A DNA stretch of 64,000 nt from IMG/VR virus record IMGVR_UViG_3300005613_000004, one strand, 5' to 3'. The notes beneath the pieces were generated by a model that saw nothing but the letters and a program-made list of their open reading frames with translations, was not told where the DNA came from and searched no databases. Shown here one piece after another: positions 1 through 9,005 of this stretch (positions are counted from its first letter, which is position 1; every line of letters begins with the position of its first letter). Origin of the DNA: a virus. The translations under genes and the position numbers were made by a program.

Positions 1-1539
1 TACTATAACACCGATGGATCTTATAATAACTTCTTTGGTGCTTATGCAGGATTCTGTAACACCACTGGATATCATAATAACTTCTTAGGTAATTATGCAG
101 GATACTATAACACCGATGGATGTTATAATAACTTCTTTGGTGCTAAGGCAGGATACTATAACGACACTGGAGGTGAAAATAACTTCTTTGGTCGTAATGC
201 AGGATACTATAACACCACTGGATGTTATAATAACTTCTTTGGTTCTGAAGCAGGATACTATAACACCACTGGATGTCATAATAACTTCTTAGGTTTTCGT
301 GCAGGACACTATAACGAGACTGGAAAATATAATAACTTCTTAGGTAATTGTGCAGGATACTATAACACCGATGGATGTGGTAATAACTTCTTTGGTTATG
401 CTGCAGGATACTATAACACCACTGGATGTTATAATAACTTCTTTGGTTCTGAAGCAGGATACTATAACACCACTGGATGTCATAATAACTTCTTAGGTTT
501 TCGTGCAGGACACTATAACGACACTGGATCTTATAATAACTTCTTTGGTTTTTATGGAGGATACTGTAACACCACTGGATGTCATAATAACTTCTTTGGT
601 GCTTATGCAGGACGTTATAACACCACTGGACGTTTTAATAACTTCTTAGGTCGTTGTGCAGGATACTATAACACCACTGGAAGACATAATAACTTCTTTG
701 GTGATTATGCAGGATGTTCTAACACCGATGGATGTCATAATAACTTCTTTGGTGATTTTGCAGGATACTATAACACCGATGGATGTCATAATAACTTCTT
801 TGGTTCTGAGGCAGGATCCGAAAACACCACTGGATGTTATAATAACTTCTTTGGTGCTAAGGCAGGATACTATAACGACACTGGATCTTATAATAACTTC
901 TTTGGTTTTTGTGGAGGATACTGTAACACCACTGGATGTCATAATAACTTCTTTGGTCATTGTGCAGGATTCTCTAACACCACTGGAAGTGATAATAACT
1001 TCTTTGGTCGTTATGCAGGATGTACTCAAACTGCAGGTAATAATAATATTGCTATTGGTTGTAATGTCCAACTACCAAATACAACAGGAAGTAATCAATT
1101 AGCAATTGGTGTTGGTAATAGTTCTTGGATTAATGGAAATTCAAGTTTTAATGTTGGTATTGGAACTACAAATCCAGCAGAAAAACTGGATGTTAATGGT
1201 AATATTGCAATCAATCAAACAATGGTTGTTGGTTCTGCAACTTCCTCACTTTCAACCATAGTATCAACACCAATTCATATTGGACTTTCTACAACAATAT
1301 ATCGTTCTATTGAATACAATATTCAAGCTTCGGAAGGAACAAATTTCCATGCCACCAAAATACTTGCAATTCATGATGGAATCACTGCATATCATTCTGA
1401 ATATGGAACTATTTTTAATAATTCTTCGGTTGCATCGTTTGATGTTGATATCTCTGGAGAAAATATTAGATTAGTTGCTGTTGGAGCAACATCTGATCAA
1501 ACGAATTATGTGATTAATTTTTCTGCAACAAAAATTTAA
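1..1539 (+). CDS. Tail fibre/adhesin-like virion protein with 14-aa repeats (5' truncated by window edge)
   Basis: Frame +1 reads YYNTDGSYNNFFGAYAG... from base 1. 42-nt repeats run to about 1020, then a GIGTTNP linker and a C-terminal domain (the ORF-track 1222..1539 portion) ending in TAA at 1539. Confidence 0.8.
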   Translation, partial: YYNTDGSYNNFFGAYAGFCNTTGYHNNFLGNYAGYYNTDGCYNNFFGAKAGYYNDTGGENNFFGRNAGYYNTTGCYNNFFGSEAGYYNTTGCHNNFLGFRAGHYNETGKYNNFLGNCAGYYNTDGCGNNFFGYAAGYYNTTGCYNNFFGSEAGYYNTTGCHNNFLGFRAGHYNDTGSYNNFFGFYGGYCNTTGCHNNFFGAYAGRYNTTGRFNNFLGRCAGYYNTTGRHNNFFGDYAGCSNTDGCHNNFFGDFAGYYNTDGCHNNFFGSEAGSENTTGCYNNFFGAKAGYYNDTGSYNNFFGFCGGYCNTTGCHNNFFGHCAGFSNTTGSDNNFFGRYAGCTQTAGNNNIAIGCNVQLPNTTGSNQLAIGVGNSSWINGNSSFNVGIGTTNPAEKLDVNGNIAINQTMVVGSATSSLSTIVSTPIHIGLSTTIYRSIEYNIQASEGTNFHATKILAIHDGITAYHSEYGTIFNNSSVASFDVDISGENIRLVAVGATSDQTNYVINFSATKI

Positions 1540-1547
1540 GATAAATA
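1540..1547 (+). promoter_or_regulatory. T4-type late promoter (GATAAATA)
   Basis: One mismatch to TATAAATA, about 35 nt upstream of the fibre gene start at 1583. Confidence 0.55.
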
Positions 1548-1582
1548 GAAAAAAGTAATCTACCAAAAGGGGATAGTGAACC

Positions 1583-4500
1583 TTGGCTGATCAGAATTTT
1601 AGAATAAAGCGCGGTTTAGAAGTAGGTGTAGGGGGAACAGTATTACTTACTGATTCGAATGGCAATCTTGGTATTGGAACTACAAATCCAAATGTAAAAC
1701 TACAAATTAATGGTGTTCTTGGATTTGGAACTGCTTATGATGGGGATGAAGAAGTTACTTATACGAATATAAGAATTGGAGATGAAACCACTGGTAGTGG
1801 TGGATTTAATAACATTTTTATGGGTATTGGTGCGGGAAACAGTAACACCACTGGAGATAATAATAACTTCTTTGGTTATCTTGCAGGAAACTATAACACC
1901 GAAGGATCTTGTAATAACTTCTTTGGTTTTGGTGCAGGATTCTCTAACACCACTGGAAGTAATAATAACTTCTTTGGTGCTTATGCAGGAGTCTCTAACA
2001 CCACTGGAAGTAATAATAACTTCTTTGGTGGTTTTGCAGGATACTATAACACCACTGGAAAATATAATAACTTCTTTGGTTCTGAGGCAGGATACTATAA
2101 CGAGACTGGAAAATATAATAACTTCTTAGGTAATTGGGCAGGATACTATAACACCGATGGATGTCATAATAACTTCTTTGGTTCTGAGGTAGGATACTAT
2201 AACGAGACTGGATCTTATAATAACTTCTTTGGTTTTTGTGGAGGATACTGTAACACCACTGGATGTCATAATAACTTCTTTGGTTCTGAGGCAGGATACT
2301 GTAACACCACTGGATGTAATAATAACTTCTTAGGTCGGTGTGCAGGATACTATAACGACACTGGATGTCATAATAACTTCTTAGGTAATTGTGCAGGATA
2401 CTGTAACGACACTGGATGTCATAATAACTTCTTTGGTAATAATGCAGGACGTTCTAACACCACTGGATGTCATAATAACTTCTTTGGTACTGAGGCAGGA
2501 TGCTCCAATACCGAAGGAACTTATAATAACTTCTTTGGTCGTAGGGCAGGATACTATAACACCGATGGATCTTATAATAACTTCTTTGGTGCTTATGCAG
2601 GATACTGTAACACCGATGGATGTTATAATAACTTCTTTGGTCGTTGTGCAGGATGTTCTAACACCGCTGGAGGGTATAATAACTTCTTTGGTAATTATGC
2701 AGGATGTTCTAACACCAATGGAAGTTATAATAACTTCTTAGGTACTTGTGCAGGATTTTCTAACACCACTGGAGACGATAATAACTTCTTTGGTTATTAT
2801 GCAGGAGCCTGTAACACCACTGGATATTATAATAACTTCTTTGGTGGTAATGCAGGATACTATAACACCACTGGATGTTATAATAACTTCTTTGGTAATT
2901 ATGCAGGATACGAAAACACCACTGGATCTTATAATAACTTCTTTGGTCGTTATGCAGGATGTACTCAAACTGCAGGTAATAATAATATTGCTATTGGTTG
3001 TAATGTCCAACTACCAGATACAACAGGAAGTAATCAATTAGCAATTGGTGTAGGTAATACTTCTTGGATTAATGGAGATTCAAGTTATAATGTCGGGTTT
3101 GGAACTACAAATCCATCTGGAGCTGCTGATTCTAATAATACTTCAATCCTTAATGCCGGTATTGTTACTGCTAACTTCTATTATGGTGATGGAAGTAACT
3201 TAACTAATGTTGGTGGTGGATTTGAACAAGATGCAGACGGAAACTTAATTGCCGGTGCCGATGCTGGTGGCGGATACGATCCTTCTACTAATAATGCTTG
3301 TTTTAACATCATTTTGGGATGTTGTGCAGGTAATAGTATCACTGAAGGAGATTATAATAACTTCTTAGGTTTTGCTGCAGGACTCTCTAACACCACTGGA
3401 AGTGATAATAACTTCTTAGGTCGGCTTGCAGGACTCTGTAACACCACTGGATGTCATAATAACTTCTTTGGTGCTTATGCAGGACGTTGTAACACCACTG
3501 GATATGGTAATAACTTCTTTGGTCGTAGGGCAGGATGTTGTAACACCACTGGATGTCATAATAACTTCTTAGGTCAACTTGCAGGATGTTCTAACACCAC
3601 TGGAAGTTATAATAACTTCTTTGGTTTTGGTGCAGGATTCTCTAACACCACTGGATGTGATAATAACTTCTTTGGTGCTTATGCAGGAAATTGTAACACC
3701 ACTGGATCTTGTAATAACTTCTTTGGTGGTGATGCAGGATTCTGCAACACCACTGGATGTGATAATAACTTCTTAGGTGGTGATGCAGGACGTTCTAACA
3801 CCACTGGATGTCATAATAACTTCTTTGGTCAGTGTGCAGGATTTTCTAACACCACTGGATGTAATAATAACTTCTTTGGTCTTTTTGCAGGATGTTCTAA
3901 CACTGAAGGAGATCATAATAACTTCTTTGGTGTTGAAGCAGGACGTTGTAACACCACTGGAAGTCGTAATAACTTCTTAGGTCGGCAAGCAGGACTTTCT
4001 AACGAAACTGGAACTAATAATAACTTCTTAGGTACTTATGCAGGATTCTGTAACACCACTGGATCTTGTAATAACTTCTTTGGTCGGTTTGCAGGACGTT
4101 ATAACACCTCTGGATGTCATAATAACTTCTTTGGTGCTTATGCAGGACGTTGTAACACTACTGGATGTTATAATAACTTCTTGGGTCGTCAGGCAGGATT
4201 CTCTAACACCACTGGAGATTATAATAACTTCTTTGGTCAGTGTGCAGGATTTTCTAACACCACTGGATGTCATAATAACTTCTTAGGTTTTCGTGCAGGA
4301 CGTTATAACACCGATGGATGTTATAATAACTTCTTGGGTCATTATGCAGGATTTAATAACACCACTGGATGTGATAATAACTTCTTTGGTCGTTGTGCAG
4401 GATGTGATAACACCACTGGATATAATAATAACTTCTTTGGTCGTTGTGCAGGATTCTCTAACACCACTGGATGTCATAATAACTTCTTAGGTTTTCGTGC

Positions 4501-5464
4501 AGGACGTTATAACACCACTGGAGGTGATAATAACTTCTTTGGTAGTTATGCAGGATGTTGTAACACCACTGGATGTAATAATAACTTCTTTGGTTCTGGG
4601 GCAGGACGTAATAACACCACTGGATGTAATAATAACTTCTTTGGTTTTAATGCAGGATTCTTTAACACTACTGGAGGTAAAAATAACTTCTTAGGTCAAC
4701 TTGCAGGACGTTCTAACACCTGTGGATCTTATAATAACTTCTTTGGTTCTGAGGCAGGAAGTTCTAACACCTGTGGATGTTTTAATAACTTCTTTGGTAG
4801 TGAGGCAGGACGTTGTAACACTACTGGAGATCATAATAACTTCTTTGGATATGGTGCAGGATTCTCTAACACCACTGGATGTCATAATAACTTCTTAGGT
4901 CACTGTGCAGGACGTTTTAACACCACTGGATGTCATAATAACTTCTTTGGTCAGCTTGCAGGATGTTGTAACACTACTGGATCTTGTAATATTGGTATTG
5001 GTCCAAGAGATTTCTTTAGTGGAGGAAGAGCAACCTCTGACAATCAAGTTATTATTGATAGTGGAACTGGTAATGCTGCATGTTTCAGTGGTTCATTCTC
5101 TGCTTGGGGCAATACATCTGATTGTAGAGATAAGACCAATATTAATGATCTTGGTGTTGGTAGGACATTCCTTGGACAACTGAGACCAATTAAGTTTGAT
5201 TGGGACTTTAGAGATGAGGACAGGAGAAACACAAACACTCAAGGAACTACAGAAGCTGGTTTCCTTGCACAAGAATTACAAGAGGTGGTATCCAATAATA
5301 ATGCTGAGTATTTGCGTTTGGTTGATGAAAGTGATCCAGAAAATCTTGGAATTTATAAGACCAATCTAATTCCTGTAATAGTTAAAGTAATACAAGAACT
5401 TAATCAAGAAAATGAAAACTTGAAATCTGAAATTGAAGCAATCAAACAACATCTGGGTTTATAA
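1583..5464 (+). CDS. Long tail fibre protein, 1293 aa: two arrays of Cys-rich 14-aa repeats and a C-terminal intramolecular chaperone (peptidase S74-like) domain
   Basis: TTG start. NNFFGxxAGxxNTTG repeats resemble YadA-head-like beta-rolls. The C-terminus 'SDCRDKTNINDL..LRPIKFDW..GFLAQELQEV..IPVIVKVIQEL' plus a coiled coil is typical of S74 chaperones. Confidence 0.85.
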   Translation: MADQNFRIKRGLEVGVGGTVLLTDSNGNLGIGTTNPNVKLQINGVLGFGTAYDGDEEVTYTNIRIGDETTGSGGFNNIFMGIGAGNSNTTGDNNNFFGYLAGNYNTEGSCNNFFGFGAGFSNTTGSNNNFFGAYAGVSNTTGSNNNFFGGFAGYYNTTGKYNNFFGSEAGYYNETGKYNNFLGNWAGYYNTDGCHNNFFGSEVGYYNETGSYNNFFGFCGGYCNTTGCHNNFFGSEAGYCNTTGCNNNFLGRCAGYYNDTGCHNNFLGNCAGYCNDTGCHNNFFGNNAGRSNTTGCHNNFFGTEAGCSNTEGTYNNFFGRRAGYYNTDGSYNNFFGAYAGYCNTDGCYNNFFGRCAGCSNTAGGYNNFFGNYAGCSNTNGSYNNFLGTCAGFSNTTGDDNNFFGYYAGACNTTGYYNNFFGGNAGYYNTTGCYNNFFGNYAGYENTTGSYNNFFGRYAGCTQTAGNNNIAIGCNVQLPDTTGSNQLAIGVGNTSWINGDSSYNVGFGTTNPSGAADSNNTSILNAGIVTANFYYGDGSNLTNVGGGFEQDADGNLIAGADAGGGYDPSTNNACFNIILGCCAGNSITEGDYNNFLGFAAGLSNTTGSDNNFLGRLAGLCNTTGCHNNFFGAYAGRCNTTGYGNNFFGRRAGCCNTTGCHNNFLGQLAGCSNTTGSYNNFFGFGAGFSNTTGCDNNFFGAYAGNCNTTGSCNNFFGGDAGFCNTTGCDNNFLGGDAGRSNTTGCHNNFFGQCAGFSNTTGCNNNFFGLFAGCSNTEGDHNNFFGVEAGRCNTTGSRNNFLGRQAGLSNETGTNNNFLGTYAGFCNTTGSCNNFFGRFAGRYNTSGCHNNFFGAYAGRCNTTGCYNNFLGRQAGFSNTTGDYNNFFGQCAGFSNTTGCHNNFLGFRAGRYNTDGCYNNFLGHYAGFNNTTGCDNNFFGRCAGCDNTTGYNNNFFGRCAGFSNTTGCHNNFLGFRAGRYNTTGGDNNFFGSYAGCCNTTGCNNNFFGSGAGRNNTTGCNNNFFGFNAGFFNTTGGKNNFLGQLAGRSNTCGSYNNFFGSEAGSSNTCGCFNNFFGSEAGRCNTTGDHNNFFGYGAGFSNTTGCHNNFLGHCAGRFNTTGCHNNFFGQLAGCCNTTGSCNIGIGPRDFFSGGRATSDNQVIIDSGTGNAACFSGSFSAWGNTSDCRDKTNINDLGVGRTFLGQLRPIKFDWDFRDEDRRNTNTQGTTEAGFLAQELQEVVSNNNAEYLRLVDESDPENLGIYKTNLIPVIVKVIQELNQENENLKSEIEAIKQHLGL

Positions 5465-5544
5465 TTATCTCTAAATGTGGTATGATGTAAAAAATGATAA
5501 TCACTATTATGTCACTTTGAAAAAATTGTCTGTCAAATCAATTC

Positions 5545-5552
5545 TATAAATA
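5545..5552 (+). promoter_or_regulatory. T4-type late promoter TATAAATA
   Basis: Exact consensus, 65 nt upstream of the sulfotransferase start. Confidence 0.7.
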
Positions 5553-5617
5553 TTTCTATGCACTCGAAATGAATGATCGAGTTATTCATCTGTAAATTTA
5601 TTTGAAAATATAACTTC

Positions 5618-6517
5618 ATGAATAAAACATTTTATTTTATGGCAGGTCTCCCACGATCAGGGAGCACAATGCTTTCATCAATTTTGAATCAGAATCCAAG
5701 ATTTTACTCAGGTCCATCAAGTCCAGTATTGGGACTTATGTTTGCTATAGAGCATAATCTTAGGGGGAATGAATTATATTCTGGATATCCAAAACCAAAT
5801 CAAGCTTCGGAACTCATTGGTAGTGTTCCATATCATTTTTATAGTGATGTGAATAAACCTGTCGTATTTGATAAAAATCGTGCATGGACCGCAAGAGTTT
5901 CTTATATTGAAGGATACATTGGACAGCAGGCAAAGATTCTTGTTCCAGTTCGTAGAGTGGATGAGATTCTGACCTCAATTCTCACAATGGTTCGTCGCAA
6001 TTCTTTTCAAGAAGGTCAGGAAAGAGTTAATTTTGTTGATGAACAACTAATTAAAACTAATACACCTATTAATGACTATAATCGGTGTATGTATCTTCTT
6101 AATGATGGTGGTATTATTTACGAATCATTAAATGCCATTTTAGAGGGATTTAAACAAAATGTGCGTGACAAAATGCACTTTGTGGACTATAATGAATTGG
6201 TTGATGATCCTAAGAAAACAATGGAAAATATCTATAATTTCTTAGGTGAAGATTATTATGAACATAATTTTGATACACTTTCCAATGTTAATAGGGAAAA
6301 TGATCTGAGCACTTATGGATTGAATGATATGCATGAGGTTCGTCCCCAAGTCAAAAAAACTTCTCCACCTCCATCGTCAGTTCTCCCTCCGGAAATTATC
6401 AACCTCTATGAACAAAATAAAAACAGACTCGAATTTTGGACAACTCCTAATATTGTTAAGTTTAATCCAAAAGTAAAAGCACCTCTCACAAAATCCAATT
6501 CAATTATTTTAAAGTGA
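5618..6517 (+). CDS. Sulfotransferase family protein
   Basis: N-terminal PAPS-binding loop 'GLPRSGSTML', 'DKNRAW', and 'VDYNELVDDPKKTMENIYNFLG', typical of Sulfotransfer_3-like proteins. Confidence 0.85.
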   Translation: MNKTFYFMAGLPRSGSTMLSSILNQNPRFYSGPSSPVLGLMFAIEHNLRGNELYSGYPKPNQASELIGSVPYHFYSDVNKPVVFDKNRAWTARVSYIEGYIGQQAKILVPVRRVDEILTSILTMVRRNSFQEGQERVNFVDEQLIKTNTPINDYNRCMYLLNDGGIIYESLNAILEGFKQNVRDKMHFVDYNELVDDPKKTMENIYNFLGEDYYEHNFDTLSNVNRENDLSTYGLNDMHEVRPQVKKTSPPPSSVLPPEIINLYEQNKNRLEFWTTPNIVKFNPKVKAPLTKSNSIILK

Positions 6518-7413
6518 TGACAAAAACTAAGTATTGTATATTTCATGTTCAGGGTGGATTTGGAAAGCATATTGCAGCAACAGCAGTAGCTAAGTGCATC
6601 AAAAATAATTATCCAAGTAGACAACTCATTGTTGTTGGTGTATGGACTGAAATTTTTCAGAATCTTCCATATATTGATAGAGTATATCAGTTAGGTAATA
6701 CTAGTTACTTTTATCAAACTTATGTAAATAATCAAGATTCTTTGCTTTTTGCAAATGAACCTTATTTTACTACAGATCATATCCATAAAAAATTGCCTTT
6801 AGTTCAAACTTGGTGCAAAATGTATGGACTTGAATATCGTGGCGAAATGCCTGAAATCAAGTTCAATCCCTTGCAAAAGAAAATTTCAAAGGATGTTTGG
6901 ACTGGTCGTGCAAATAATAAACCAGTCATGCTCATTCATACCAATGGTGGGATGTATAATGAGCAAAGACCTTATCTATGGGCAAGAGATATGCCTGTAG
7001 CACTTGCACAAAGATTGGCAGATCATTATTCGAAAGATTATCACATCTATCAAGTTAAAAAAGCATCTAGTGAGGCATTGAAAGGTGTAGAAGTTATTCA
7101 AGATCCTATGAGTAATATGGAACTAGTTAGTGCTGTGCTTAATAGTGATAAGAGAATTTTGATTGATAGTTGCCTACAACATGCTGCAGCAGCACTTAAA
7201 CTTCCTTCAGTGGTACTATGGAATGGAACTAGTCCAAAGGTCTTTGGATGGGATATGCACACTAATATACAAGCAGAAAAACCTGCTAATTTTAAACTTC
7301 CAAATAGTTACCTGTTTGACTTTGACTTTACGGGTGTGGAAGCAGAATATCCTTATGTTGATGAAGATGAAGAAATCTTCGACTTTGATAAAATCGTAGA
7401 AGCAGTTGGATAA
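6514..7413 (+). CDS. Glycosyltransferase, GT9/heptosyltransferase-like (GT-B fold)
   Basis: 'GGFGKHIAATAVAKCIK' resembles the GT9 GxGD helix. 'IDSCLQHAAAALKLPSVVLW' resembles DSGxxHxAAAxxxPxVxLF. ATGA overlap with the upstream gene. Confidence 0.7.
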   Translation: MMTKTKYCIFHVQGGFGKHIAATAVAKCIKNNYPSRQLIVVGVWTEIFQNLPYIDRVYQLGNTSYFYQTYVNNQDSLLFANEPYFTTDHIHKKLPLVQTWCKMYGLEYRGEMPEIKFNPLQKKISKDVWTGRANNKPVMLIHTNGGMYNEQRPYLWARDMPVALAQRLADHYSKDYHIYQVKKASSEALKGVEVIQDPMSNMELVSAVLNSDKRILIDSCLQHAAAALKLPSVVLWNGTSPKVFGWDMHTNIQAEKPANFKLPNSYLFDFDFTGVEAEYPYVDEDEEIFDFDKIVEAVG

Positions 7414-7419
7414 AAAATC

Positions 7420-7662
7420 ATGAAATTCACAGTATATTCTAAAGATAATTGTCCTTATTGTTATAAAGTAAAGCAAGTATTGGAATTGACTGGTAGTAAT
7501 TTTGAGACACAAACTCTTAATGAAGATTTTACACGTCAAGATTTTTATGATAAATTTGGAAGAAATTCTACTTTTCCTCAGGTCACATGTGATGATAAAA
7601 ATATAGGAGGATGTATTGAAACAATCAAATTTCTCAGAGAACGACAAGTCATTAAGTCATGA
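7420..7662 (+). CDS. Glutaredoxin
   Basis: CPYC active site, 'TFPQV' cis-Pro motif, 'IGGC'. Confidence 0.92.
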   Translation: MKFTVYSKDNCPYCYKVKQVLELTGSNFETQTLNEDFTRQDFYDKFGRNSTFPQVTCDDKNIGGCIETIKFLRERQVIKS

Positions 7663-7831
7663 CCTAAATAAAGGTGAAGACCACAAAAATCGTGGCGTTG
7701 ATTTTTTTCTCAATGGAGGTAAAAGAAAGCAAGTCCAACCATTTCATATCATCTTCGAAAAGATGGTTTGCTTTCTAAAACGGGAGTTTACCATTTATTT
7801 CGAATTTTCTATCAAAATACGGAAAAGGTAA
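7616..7831 (+). CDS. Hypothetical protein (start uncertain)
   Basis: 71-aa ORF overlapping the end of grx. No recognisable motif. Confidence 0.45.
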   Translation: MKQSNFSENDKSLSHDLNKGEDHKNRGVDFFLNGGKRKQVQPFHIIFEKMVCFLKREFTIYFEFSIKIRKR

Positions 7832-7853
7832 GTAGTATCCCGGAGTAAGAAAA

Positions 7854-8087
7854 ATGTTAGCAGTTAGTTTAGTTTTTGGTTCATTTTTAACCATTCTATT
7901 TCTGATACTGGGACTTGTAATCGGATGGACAGCAAGAGAATATATGATGAACTATCGGGAAGTACCAAGACCTCACCCCGAAATGTTTGATGAGCAGGGT
8001 AATTTAATTCCTGATGAGGTAATTGCATTTAACTTTGAAAACTATCATGACAGTATCACAGACGAAGAAGACGAAGACGACAACTAA
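7854..8087 (+). CDS. Small membrane protein with N-terminal TM helix and acidic tail
   Basis: GGAG RBS upstream; hydrophobic 'LAVSLVFGSFLTILFLILGLVIGW'. Confidence 0.75.
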   Translation: MLAVSLVFGSFLTILFLILGLVIGWTAREYMMNYREVPRPHPEMFDEQGNLIPDEVIAFNFENYHDSITDEEDEDDN

Positions 8088-8649
8088 AACAACCAGTGTT
8101 AAAAACGATACTAGTTTAATTCTTCCTAATAATCCATTTGCTTTTGAAGTTTTAAATTTAGTATCAAAACAAAGATCTAAAGTTAAAAAAATTGAAGTTC
8201 TGAAAAAATATGAAGAACCTTCATTAAAAACTATTTTAATTTGGAATTTTGATGACACTGTGATTTCTTTACTTCCTCCTGGAGAAGTTCCTTATTCTGG
8301 ATTTGAAGACCAAGCAAAATCTAATGGTGGATTGAGTACCAAGATTGCAGAAGAAGTTCGTCGAATGCACTCGACAGATTCTTTTTCTTTGGGTTCTGGT
8401 GATAAAAATGGACATACTACGATTCGCAGAGAATCGAAACATTTTTATCGTTTTGTAAAGGGTGGAAGTCCTGGATTGAGTGCTATTCGTAGAGAGACAA
8501 TGTTTATTAATATTCTCGAAGGTCTTCATCCATTAGAAGCAGAAATTCTTTGTCTTGTAAAAGATAAAAAACTTTCTGAAAAATATAATATTACTAAAGA
8601 ACTTGTCGCTGATGCGTATCCAGATATTACTTGGGGAAATAGAAGTTAA
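8047..8649 (+). CDS. Conserved cyanomyophage-type hypothetical protein
   Basis: Long ORF in operon context. ATG at 8047 chosen over the track start at 8023. Confidence 0.75.
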   Translation: MTVSQTKKTKTTTKTTSVKNDTSLILPNNPFAFEVLNLVSKQRSKVKKIEVLKKYEEPSLKTILIWNFDDTVISLLPPGEVPYSGFEDQAKSNGGLSTKIAEEVRRMHSTDSFSLGSGDKNGHTTIRRESKHFYRFVKGGSPGLSAIRRETMFINILEGLHPLEAEILCLVKDKKLSEKYNITKELVADAYPDITWGNRS

Positions 8650-8651
8650 TT

Positions 8652-8906
8652 ATGAAAATTCTTTATGAAGATTGTGATCCAGATAAGGCACAAGATAAAA
8701 CCTTACCTTACACTGCTTATTTGGTGGAGTATAAGATAAATGGTGAAACTCATTATGATCTTGCAGTAGGAAAAAAAAGAGTTGACATTTTTGATGCATA
8801 CTGGGATAAGTATAGAAATGATTTTGTGACCATGAATCAGAGTGAGGGTAGAGTTAATCCTAAACTATGGGGCATTAAACCACCCGAAACCAAAAAGCGA
8901 AAGTAA
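8652..8906 (+). CDS. Hypothetical protein
   Basis: 84-aa ORF directly downstream of the previous gene. Confidence 0.75.
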   Translation: MKILYEDCDPDKAQDKTLPYTAYLVEYKINGETHYDLAVGKKRVDIFDAYWDKYRNDFVTMNQSEGRVNPKLWGIKPPETKKRK

Positions 8907-8970
8907 TTTCAAAAATATCAGGAAAAAAATTCCGGTAAAAATTTGACCTGTAGGGTCGATTATAAAAAAC

Positions 8971-8999
8971 TTGACTATATAGAGTATAGGGTCTATAAT
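8971..8999 (+). promoter_or_regulatory. Sigma70-type promoter driving the riboswitch module
   Basis: TTGACT (8971-8976), 17 bp, TATAAT (8994-8999). Predicted +1 near 9005-9006, just before the aptamer. Confidence 0.85.
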
Positions 9000-9005
9000 A
9001 GACTC

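Noticed and set aside
1-5000. CRISPR array suggested by regular 42-nt periodicity
   Set aside because: There are no unique spacers, the units are in-frame coding repeats, and no cas genes are present.
85-5238. Many short alternative-frame and antisense ORFs ('IITSLV..', 'TKEVII..')
   Set aside because: They are shadows of the 42-nt coding repeat; only the NNFFG frame is continuous.
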